Positions 26,201-38,200 of a stretch of 64,000 bases of DNA are shown in pieces. The translations under genes were made by a program, and so were the position numbers. The stretch covers positions 52,666,117 to 52,730,116 of the forward strand of contig JARDVH010000031.1 in NCBI GenBank assembly GCA_030324005.1, in the 5' to 3' direction. The number at the start of each line of letters is the position of its first letter. Position 1 is the stretch's first letter. Under the pieces are notes generated by a model, which did no database searches, was not told where the DNA came from, and saw only the letters and a program-made list of their open reading frames with translations. The stretch is from Negaprion brevirostris. Taxonomy: Eukaryota.

Positions 26201-29200
26201 AAAGACTATTTATTAACTTAAAGACAAATACACACAAATAAGACTATAGCACTCTAAGAGGTTTAAGTATAGGAATCACTAAACGCATACACAGATTTTA
26301 TATAGAAATTACCTCCTTGTTCCAAAATATATCTATGATCCCTGAACTAAAGACCTCCCCTTCCCAAATACCATCTAAACTAAATAAATCTATAAGTCAA
26401 ATCTTGCTTATTGTTACCACACAATACAAGGTTGAAGATCAAGTCTGGGAAGTGTCTTTTCTTGGCCCAGTGAAGATATTTAAACTGGCTTCACAAAGGT
26501 TTCGGCAATCCCTTAGCTCTAAGACTGAGAAGGGGCCCAGCCTCCTGGCTGTGAATCGTGCACTAGCTTCTTATGCTACGAGACATTAACTGCTCTCTCA
26601 GTTGCTAGATTTAAACTGGCTTGCCTCTTCTGAGGGTGCTGGCAATTATACCAATTTTCCTCTTTGAATCTCCATTCTGCGTATTTGACTGTCTGCATTC
26701 TCAAATTCTGTGACTCTAGAAATGAGCATGTATCTCTCTCCAGTGGTCTCTTAATTATTAAGGTAAACTGTTTCCTACTGGTAAGGTGATTTACATCTGG
26801 TTTTGTTTAGATGCCTGTTAATCTCATCCCTGGGAAAAATCACATCTTTTGAATGCTGGCTATATCTGTCGCTAAGCAGGTTTCTACCTGTTGCTGGTGC
26901 AGATCACATCCTGTCATTGTATTAAATTCTTGTTGCTGCTGTTACTAGAGGGATTCATGACACCCTCATAAAACGATTTTCATATTTTACATTCATTTTC
27001 AACACAAGCATAACAGGGGGTGTGTATGAAGTAGTAACATTATAGGCTTTTTAAAATTTTATATATTTTATGAAATGTTCTAAACAAAATTTAATTCAAT
27101 GCCAGGTGTACAAGGGCAAAGTGTTTTGTACATTACTAAACTGTGATACTACAATGTCTCACATTGGGTTAGGTGCTTTACTGTCATGCTGAATGAAGCT
27201 AATCAAATGCAGTTTAGGATTATTGCCAGAATTTGGTGCAGATATTATTCAGCTGTCAACTGTGAGCAGATTAATGTTTTGGGCTTGTATCAAATTCAGT
27301 CTTCTGCGAATTTCCTACAAATATACGCTGCTGAATAGAGCAGATGTACAAGTGTTAACTATCCTCAAATTCAGACATTCCAGAATTTCTGAATGTAGTT
27401 CAAAATAGACACTTTATGTTTAGAAAATTATGCCCTCTTAAAGCAACATCAAGTGGTGAGCATGAACAGTTTAGTATATAACCGTGTGGACATATTGTGT
27501 AATGCATTTTAAACCTTCTGAGATTTCATACACCTCATTTCTGTTTCCAGTTATACAATATGGAAAAAAACATTCCCAGAAGGAGAAAGGAAAAAGTTAT
27601 AGTTGGACTAAATTGTACTTGTTTCATGTGTCTTCTTATAGCTAGTTCAAAAATGGGATTGATAGAAACTTGGGAAGAGCTTTCCCAATCACCAACTCAG
27701 TCAGGGAATGCCACATAAATCCATGGAATCATAGAATAATACAGGACAGGAAGAGACTATTTGGCCTATCATGCCAGTGTTGAATCTTAGAAAACTATCA
27801 TAGAATTATAGAATCCTACAGTGCAGAAGAGACCATTCGGCCCATCGAGTCTGCGCCGACCACAATCTCAACCAGGCTCTGTCCCTATAACCCCATGCAT
27901 TTACCCTAGCTAATTCCCATGAGACTAAGGGGCAATTTAGTATAGCCAATCCACCTAACCCGCACAACCTTGGACTGTGGGAGGAAACTGCAGCACCCAA
28001 AGGAAACCCACGCAGACACAGGAAGAATGTGCAAACGCCACACAGATGGTGACACAAGTTGGGAATTGAACCACCGTTCCTGGTGCTGTGAGACAGCAGT
28101 GCTAACCATTGTGCCACTGTGCCACCCCTATCTAGTTAGTCCCATTCTCCTACTCCACCCCCATATACCAACAGTTCTTCTCTTCTCCAAGTCCTGATCC
28201 AACTTTCTTTTTAAAGTTAATGCTGAATCTTTTTTCACCAACCCTTCAGCTGGTGCATTCCAGGGCATGACACCTCATGTTGCCTCACATTCCTTTACCA
28301 ATTACCTTAAAACTGTCTCTGGTTATCGGTCCTTCTCCCACTGAAATGGTTTATCTTAATATTCTTATCAAAACACTTGAAACAAATCTCCCCTGATTGT
28401 CTCTGCATGAAGGAAAACAACTGCAGCTTCTCTAGTTTCTCCATATAACAGTATTAGACAGGGTACATTCAGGAAGAATGTTCCGGATGGTGGGGGAGTG
28501 CAGAACTAGGGGTCATAGTTTGAGGATGAGGGGTAAATCATTTAGAACTGAGGTGAGGAGAAATTTCTTCAGCCAGAGAGTGGTGAAACAACGGAATTCA
28601 CTATTGCTGAAAGTAGTTGAGACCAAAAGATTGTGTGATTTCATGAAGAAATTAGATATAGCTCTAGGGGCTAAAGGGATCAAGGGTAAAGGCGGGGGGG
28701 GGAAATCAGGATATTGATTCTGATGATCAGCCATGATCAAAATGAATGGTGGAGCAGGCTCAAAGGGCCTACTCCTGCTTCTGTTTTCTATATTTCTGTT
28801 AAATTTCTGATTATTCTTATTTGTATTTTAGGTAGATGAGCTAATGAGACAGGAACTGAAGAACTTAAAACTAACAGTGGACAGGGATAAAAGTACGAAA
28901 AAGAAAGGTGGAAAGAAGGTAAGTTCCACAGTACAATTAACAAAATGCACCCACAATGAATAAAATATCAGAGTGAAGAAAACTTATTAGCATAAGGCCA
29001 GACCATAAAATCCCTAATGAAAGATTGTTGCTGAGGGCAGACTGGTGGATGTTATCTACTTGGACTTTAGCAAGGACTTTGACAAAGGCCCCTCATGGCA
29101 GGCTGATACAGAAGATGAAGTCACATGGAATCTGTGGTGAACTGCTAAGATGAATACAGAATTGACTTGGTCATAGAAAACAGAGAGTAGCGGTGGAAAG

Positions 29201-32200
29201 ATGTTTTTCTGACTGGAGATCTATGGCCAGTGGTTATGGAGGGATCAGTTCTTGGAACCCTGTTGTTTATAATATATATAAATGATTTGGAGGAGAATGT
29301 AGGTGGTCTGATTAGAATGTTTGCGGACGAAACAAAGACTGGGGGAGCTATGGGGTAGAGAGGAGGCAGAGGATACAGCAGGGTATTAGATAGACTGGAG
29401 ACTTGGGAAGAGAAATGGCAGATGGAATTTAATCTGGACAAATGCAAGTTGATGCATTTTGGAAGGTCCAGTGCAGAAAGGGAGTGTACGGTAAATAACA
29501 GAACCCCTAGAAGCATTAGAAGGAAAGTGTTAAATTAAAAGCGGAGGCGTTTAGAGTATCTAAGAGTAGTGGGCGAGAATAGGATTGGGNNNNNNNNNNN
29601 NNNNNNNNNNNNNNNNNNNNNNNNNNNNNNNNNNNNNNNNNNNNNNNNNNNNNNNNNNNNNNNNNNNNNNNNNNNNNNNNNNNNNNNNNAATCAGGATAT
29701 TGAGTCTGATGATCAGCCATGATCAAAATGAATGGTGGAGCAGGCTCGAAGGGCCGAATGGCCTACTCCTGTTTCCATTTTCTATGTTTCCATAACTATA
29801 GCCTTTCACCTTTGCTACCATTTTAGCAAATTTCCTTGGTATTGTCGCTAAGACCTTAACATCCCAGCTTACGTGTGGTGACCAGTGCAGTGTCTGGAAT
29901 AGCAGGGGTTAATATGGGACTGAGAAACAGTGTCTCCCACAGTGTGATGTAAAAGGGACACATGACCTGAGGCCAAAGAGAGTTGTGGATTGAACAGAGA
30001 CCTGTGTAGAAGCAAGCATGGAGTTAGTTCAGAGTTTGGGTTATTGGTATGTGTTATCAGTAGACAGTTAATGTTAAATCATATATGACTCACAACTACC
30101 CTTGTGAGACCTTCTGAACATGCAATATGGTGGCAGCAAATAGAGAAAAGCCAGAATCTTAGAGAAGCTGGAGCAGAAAATCAAAGCTTGGAAAATTAAA
30201 GGAGCCACGTTCTGACCTGACTGAAAACACCTGAAGTGGAGACACAGAGGGAGATGACGTGAAAGAAGCTCCATTGCAGAGTTGGAAGCAGAAAGGCAGA
30301 AGAAAAAAATTCCACTGTGCAGCTGAGGAATCCACAAGATCTTGTGGAGGTTCATTGTCAATTCCCACAGAATGCAGAATCAAAGGATCTAGCAGGAGTA
30401 AGCAAAATCCGATCTAAGCCAAGCCAGTTTTAAGACCAACTAGAAGGTCAAAATTTTGTGGGGCAGGCCCAGGATAGTTCATTTAATAAATACTGCAAAA
30501 ACATAAACCCCAAAGAGGTCAGGACTGCCTCACCATGGGAGAATCCAGCAAGGGAGGATCAGAGAGCGCGGACATAGCATGGAGAGAGAGCGCAGGCACA
30601 GCGAGGGCGGAGAGCGCAGGCACAGCGAGGGCGGAGAGCGCAGGCACAGCGAGGGCGGAGAGNNNNNNNNNNNNNNNNNNNNNNNNNNNNNNNNNNNNNN
30701 NNNNNNNNNNNNNNNNNNNNNNNNNNNNNNNNNNNNNNNNNNNNNNNNNNNNNNNNNNNNNNNNNNNNNNNNNNNNNNNNNNNNNNNNNNNNNNNNNNNN
30801 NNNNNNNNNNNNNNNNNNNNNNNNNNNNNNNNNNNNNNNNNNNNNNNNNNNNNNNNNNNNNNNNNNNNNNNNNNNNNNNNNNNNNNNNNNNNNNNNNNNN
30901 NNNNNNNNNNNNNNNNNNNNNNNNNNNNNNNNNNNNNNNNNNNNNNNNNNNNNNNNNNNNNNNNNNNNNNNNNNNNNNNNNNNNNNNNNNNNNNNNNNNN
31001 NNNNNNNNNNNNNNNNNNNNNNNNNNNNNNNNNNNNNNNNNNNNNNNNNNNNNNNNNNNNNNNNNNNNNNNNNNNNNNNNNNNNNNNNNNNNNNNNNNNN
31101 NNNNNNNNNNNNNNNNNNNNNNNNNNNNNNNNNNNNNNNNNNNNNNNNNNNNNNNNNNNNNNNNNNNNNNNNNNNNNNNNNNNNNNNNNNNNNNNNNNNN
31201 NNNNNNNNNNNNNNNNNNNNNNNNNNNNNNNNNNNNNNNNNNNNNNNNNNNNNNNNNNNNNNNNNNNNNNNNNNNNNNNNNNNNNNNNNNGAGGCGAGAG
31301 ACTGCAGACACAGCAAGGAGAGAGAGTGCAGACACAGCAAGGAGAGAGTGTGTAGACACAGCAAGGAGGGAGTGCAGACAGTGTGGAGAGAAAGCGCAGA
31401 AACAGCAAGGAGAGAGTGAGCGTAGACACAGCGTGTAGAGGGAATGCAGACACTACAAGGGGAAAGAGCGCAGATACAGCAAGAGGAAAGAGCGCAGACA
31501 CAGCGAGAGGAGAGAGTGCAGACACAGCAAGGGGAAAGAGCTCAGACACACAGGGAGAGAGCGCCGACACAGCAAGGAGAGAGAGTGCAGACACAGTGAG
31601 GAGAGAGAATGCGGACACAGTGAGGGGTGAGAGTGCAGATACAACACTGTCAATGACTCTTTCCACTACTTTTCCAATTATTGAGAGTAAACGGCTATGG
31701 ACAGCTTAAACTTGGCAATTTTCCACATTGTTGGGTAGATAGCCATGTTGTAGCATTGGCAGGGGTAATATGTTAATAAAGGTGAATATCTAGATTAGCC
31801 ATGAAGTACCCCTGAATGTCCTAGTCCCCACTCAACTGGTAGAAATTCTTGCCAGTGAGATGTTGGCTTAAATCTAAATTTTCAGTTTGAATTTGGATAA
31901 CGTGAATTTAACCTGTTTTTCTCTCTCATTGTTTATAGAGAAACAAAATAATATATACGCATTATTTTTAAAACTGTTTAGGATATCTGTGTAAAATGTA
32001 AGTGAAGAAGACTTGAAACATCCAAGAATTCTTTTATGTCTCAGATTCAGACATTCACAATTATTTCACACAGCACAATATTAAACTACTTCTTTGGTAT
32101 GTGGTTGTTAGCAGCATGTTTTCACCAAATAAACAGATGTCTAATCCTGTTCATTCCAAGTTCAGGAGAGGCTTGCACAAACCTGCTGCTTTCCTTACCT

Positions 32201-35200
32201 GCAGACTGAATCAGGCTATGAAAGGCCTGCAGGACCTTAGTCATTACAGTAAAGGTATATTTGTTTACCTCTAACTTTTGTTATTCAGTTGTCTGGGCAA
32301 CACAACAGCTTCTTTTGCCTTAGTAACGTGATCCAAAGATGCATCTGGAAATAATTTTAACCAAGGTGGAATTCATTCAAAATCTGACCACATCTGCTGA
32401 TTGCCAAGCCCGCTGTAAACCCAGACAATTTGTGTTGGAAAGGTGAAGAGCAAACCTAAAGCTCCATGCATGTTTCAACAAATCTGATCCAGCAAGATGA
32501 CTGTTTACTGCATATCACAATTCCAGAATGCAGGGAAGAGGCAATGTTTCAACTGACAGCTTTGACTGGGAGGAAACTCCACAGGTGGAAGAAATAATTT
32601 GGAAAGTTTTTATTTACTGTGGCTTCTTTGGACTGAAATCATGAAGTGCCGCTGATCCAGCCATGAAGTCCGAACATTAACTTAAGGGATCAAGCTTCAG
32701 TGTTCGACACATTCACACAGCAGGGGATCTAACATGAGGTCAAAGGTTCTTGACTGTGGTTGACTCTAAAGTGGTTTAACAAGCACACAATATTAAGTCA
32801 AAAACAGAGCAACTGGAAGTAGACAGTAAATGCCAGCACTGACTGTGATGTTCCCAAGTTCCAAACCAAGAATGAACAAAGTTAGAAAAGGGTGAGAGTA
32901 GCTGGTGGAGATGGTAGTGGGGAAAGTTAATGCGACAGTGGGTGGTCGGGCGAGAGGAAGCAAAACAGCAGTTGACGAACAAATCTGATGATGCCTGGTT
33001 GCACACTAGTGCATTTTCCCTCCTACTTTTTAGGACTCATCATTGTCTGGATTTTTGTCACCAGATTGGTGAGGGTTTCCTTGTTGTACTGGCTTGATGA
33101 GTTGCATGTTGCACCGCAAAGTTGTGCAAAGTGCAACAAGACAACCACAATGTGAAAGTTTCAGCAGATTTTGACTTGCTGAGATTTTCCAGCATTTTCT
33201 CTTTTGGTTATATGAAGGACTGTCTTTGGGCTGTGGTGCAGCAAGCTCCCAGACCTATTCAGGCAGCAGAAATCTTGTTTGAGCAAACTGATATAGTGTT
33301 CAATTATGGGTTTTGTGATCCCATGGCTTTGGTTATAGTTGCTTTAAGTGGGTTAATGTGGATTTTGTCAAGTTTCATATACATGTGTATAAAGGACAGC
33401 CCTTGTCCCCAGATAGGTCAATTGGTGCGAGAGTGGTGGACTGGCAAATTATCTATGTGTTGTTATAGTTTTCAGAAAACAGGACACATATCTGCATTAT
33501 TCAGATAGTGGTCCCTCATCAGCTGAATATCAACTGAGTGGTCATAAAATTATAGAATCCCTACAGTGCAGATGGAGACCATCAAGCTCATCGAGTCTGT
33601 GCTGACTCNNNNNNAGAACATCTCCCCTCTGCCCTATCCCCATAACCCTGGAAATTTACCATGGTTATTCCTCCTAGGAGTAATGTGACTAGGAAGTACT
33701 CAATGAATGGTATGACACTAGGAAGTTCTGTGGAACAAAAGGACCTTGGTGTATTTGTCCACAGAATTCTGAAAGCAGAAGGACATGTTAATGAGTTGGT
33801 GAAAAAGGCATAGGGTGGTGACAGTCTGGAATGTGCTGCCTGGGAGGGTGGTAGAGGCAGGTTGCCACACATTCTTTAAAAGTTATCTGGATGAGCATTT
33901 AGCACAGCATAACATTCAGGGCTCAGGGCCAAGTGCTGGTAGATGGGACTAGGTGGGAATTCAGGTGTTTCTAATGTGTCAGTGCAGACTCATTGGGCCG
34001 AAGGGCCTCTTCTGCACTGTATGATTCTATGATGCTATGAACCTACACATTTTTGGGCACCAAGTGGCAACTTGGTATGACCTATCTACCTAACCTGCAA
34101 ACCTTTGGAAAGATTGTGGATGGCTACAAACACTGCTAGCTAATTGGGAGAGTGTCATTAGAGCTACATGCGAGTAATAATTGACAGCTTGAACTAATGA
34201 GAAGCCTATTATCAGTCCAAATCTCACATTATTTTCCTGCTGAATTTTGGCATTTATGGAGAATGTAATTCAATCATTGGCTTTGGTAATCTGCCTGATT
34301 TCGATGTAAACGGAAACCTGATGCGACTGATGTCACCCCCACAGCCTGGAATGGGATAAAGGCAAAAAGATCAAAGGGCATTGACATTTTCAATTGCAGA
34401 GCCAAAATGTGGCCAGGTGGGAGAATGGCTTCAGATCTTTTAAGAAAGGACCACACAGGGTCTGTGACAGTCTTTCCAGGAAAACATACAGTTGAAAATT
34501 CATTTCACGTGGTGGTCCAAAATAGGCAATAACAAATTGGCAGATGCCTTCAGGCTCTATTCAGTTTTATGTTTCATTTGGAAAAAAAATGAGCATTTGG
34601 ATTCACTGTCGCTACTTTTGTCAGGGGGAGAGAGTTAAAATTGGCTCTGTTATGCTTTCAGGAAAATATCATCATATTATGTTATTTAGTTAAATGTAAC
34701 TATACTGTATTATAAATGTAACAATTTACCATTTTATAACATAGGATAGCAGCCTAATGTAAAAGAAGTGATTATGTAAAACACGGATTTGGTTCAAGTC
34801 TGAAACTTACCAGTGATTCCAGGATAATTCCAGGCAAGCAGTAATCTACTTACACTGATACAGAAACAACGTTTAAGGTTTATTTATTTGTCACAAGTAA
34901 GGCTGACATTAACACTGCAATGAAGTTACTGTGAAATTCCCTTAGTTGCCTCACTCCGGCACCTATTCAGGTCAACCANNNNNNNNNNNNNNNNNNNNNN
35001 NNNNNNNNNNNNNNNNNNNNNNNNNNNNNNNNNNNNNNNNNNNNNNNNNNNNNNNNNNNNNNNNNNNNNNNNNNNNNNCACTCCGGCACCTATTCAGGTA
35101 AACCCGCGTGTCTTTCAGAATGTGTCTTTCAGAAACCAGAGCACCCTAAGGAAACACACACAGACAGTGGGTGAACATGCAGACTCCACACCGACAGTGA

Positions 35201-38200
35201 CCCAAGCCAGGAATTGAATCCGGGTCCCTGGTTCTGTGAAGCAGCAGTGCTAACCATCATACGCCCTCAAAAGATGTTGCTAACACACAAGGAAGAGATA
35301 TCTATAGAGAGAATGGACAACTTTATGTTTCTGGTGTGCACTCTGGTACTAAAATAAAGAAATGTACCTTGTATGCCTTAAGAATCAATTGAAGGATATT
35401 TCGAGAATCACTTTCAAGTAGCTCCACTGTGGCGCCAGGTATCAATTCTGCATAATTCTACAAGGAAGCAACAATTATGTGATGATCAATTTTAAGAGCA
35501 ACAATCATACCCATAAAATAAATTGTGGAGCAATAATAATTATAAACCTCTATTTCTAAACACAAACATAAATATTGAAAGATCATGACAAAATCTGATA
35601 ATAATGTTGAGGGGCCAACTCAGTTGCTTTTTCTGTAAATAAATCAAATTTGGTTGGAAATATGATAGCCANNNNNNNNNNGCCACTTAATTAAATATTC
35701 TACCTGTTCACAACCTGGGATTTAGTGCAGTAATTAGGATGATACATGCCTATATGATTTACAATAGTCAAACATTTTGAGTTTTTCAAGTATTTGGAAA
35801 TTTTTTGGAAGAGGTAATCTTGCACCACTATTAATGCAGGTCATGTGCAGCATAAAGGTGACTGAAGTGACATGAATTCTAAAGTGCATTGCACAGTGGT
35901 AGAAGGTCAACACTGATAAGTGGAATGATCAACACAGCAACAAAGGCTTTATTTAAAATATCAAAAGTGATGATATATTTTTCTCTGGTTAATATGACAG
36001 AAAAGGTCAGTGCAAATACAAAATAGGAAAAGGTGTTGAAAATAAATAAAACATTTCCATTGCAAGCAATGAATATAGAGCATCAGGAATTAACTGGATT
36101 AAAATAGAGTTTGAATATCCCTATCAGTATGTGTTTCAACATATCTCTCTGTGTTATAGCTTTCAATTGCTCTGTGCTTGATTATGTGAATCTGTTAACT
36201 GTTGTTGCTCACCATGCTTGATTGGTTCAGTCTGGGAGCAGACTCAGGGAAAGCTAAACTGAGTAAGAGCCAGAGTTGAAGCATTGAATAGACATATTAA
36301 AGCACAGTGAATAAAACCTGTTACACACACAGGACTGAGTTTTTTGCCCATTGGGCATGCAGACTTGGTGGGCGCAGAAGCAGATGCAAAACACATTCCT
36401 GGCTGCAGTCAGCTCCAGAGCACAACTTCACAATGACTGGCCAATTAATGGTCAGCCAGCATGATGCACGCAGTGAAAGGCTGAGCGCTGCCAAAGAAGG
36501 TTGGAAGAGGGTGGGTTTTCAGAAAAGGGATGGTGTGAACTGGTGATTCCAATGTGCTCTCCTCAAGGGCACAGCTGCTGTGTCAGGGAGATGCTGACCT
36601 GTGGAAAATAAATATCAATGGAAGAACTATGCCATAAGTGTCTAGGCAGCATATACAGACCTGAGTCTCCTGACATGTTTCTTAATTTGAGCCTTTCGTC
36701 CCTGGATCAAAATGTGTACCGATATTGTAACAATAGTATAACTATTAACAGCAACAGGGTGCCTGACTTTAATGGAGGATGCCCTGTAGCTGTAGCATGC
36801 TTAACATAGCGTAAAATGTCCACTTAGCTGCTCATACCCAAAACTATTATTTACTTGTATTGTATCTACATTTATTTTTGTTGGTTTGGGGATGAGTAAG
36901 GTCACATGATGTATCAAAACAATGAAAGTGAGATGCAAAATGGACACAAAGTCTGTAAATTTCTAAAAGAAGTAAATAAACAATATCTTGGAATTACCAT
37001 TGACCAGAAACTGAACTGGGCTAGCCATATAACTTCTGTGGCTACCAGAACAGGTCAAAGGCTAAGAATCCTATGGCTAGTAACTCACCTTCTGACTCCC
37101 CAAAGCCTGTCCACCATCTGCAAGATACAAGTCACCGAGTGCAATGGATCACTCTCCACTTATTTGGATGAGTGCAACTCTAACAATACTCAAGAAGTTC
37201 TACACTATCGAGGACAAAGCAGCCTGCTTGGTTGCTACCCCTGCCAGAAACATTCATTCCCTCCACCACAAAACAGTAGCAGCAGTGTGTACCATCTATA
37301 AATGTACTGTAGGAAATCACCAAGGTTCCTGAGGCAGCACCTTCTAAATCCACAACCGCTACCATCTAGAAGGTCAAGAGCAGACACCTGGGAACACCAC
37401 CACCTGGAGATTCCTCTCCAAGTCACTCACCATACTAACCTGGAAATATATCACTATTCCTTCACGGTCGCTGGATAAAAATCCTGGAATTCCCTCCCTA
37501 ACAGCACCTTAGATGTACCTACACCACAGGGAGTGCAGTGATTAAAGAAAATAGCTTACCACCAACTTCTGAAGGGCAACTAAGGACGGACAATGAATAC
37601 TGACCTAGCCAGTGATGTTAGATCTCCTAAATTCAAATAAAAAACTAAACAAATGATTGCCCCAAGATCTAAACAAAACACAGTTTATATCAAAAACAAT
37701 TATTATATAGAACATAGAACATTACAGCACAGTACAGGCCCTTCGGCTCTCAATGTTGCGCCGACCAATGGAACCAATCTCATGACCCTCTAACCTAAAC
37801 TATTCCAATGTTATCCATATGCCTATCCACTGACCATTTGAACGCCCTTAAAGTTGGCNNNNNNNNNNNNNNNNNNNNNNNNNNNNNNNNNNNNNNNNNN
37901 NNNNNNNNNNNNNNNNNNNNNNNNNNNNNNNNNNNNNNNNNNNNNNNNNNNNNNNNNNAGCGAGGGGATTAAGGGTTATGGGGAGAGGGCGGGAATGTGG
38001 AACTGAGCCACGACAGATCAGCCATGATCTTATTGCATGGCGGGGCAAGCTCGAAGGGCTAGATGGCCTACTCCTGCTCCTATTTCTTATGTTCTTAACA
38101 TTCTTTAACCCATTTTGTGGCAAATGAGTAAAATTAAACCAACAAATTAAGGGACAAAATAAAAAGACAGCCCCTTGGAGGGATAATACACACAAAACAA

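Noticed and set aside
30560-31645. CRISPR-like array
   Set aside because: Head-to-tail tandem units with no unique spacers, in eukaryotic DNA with no cas genes.
30519-31709. Long ORFs (258-378 aa) on both strands
   Set aside because: Artefacts of a stop-free 24-bp minisatellite plus an N gap.
34950-35100. Direct repeat cactccggcacctattcaggt on both sides of a gap (similarly gtaatccctcagaaa around 43882-44011)
   Set aside because: Typical overlapping contig ends around scaffold gaps; cannot be called a real duplication.
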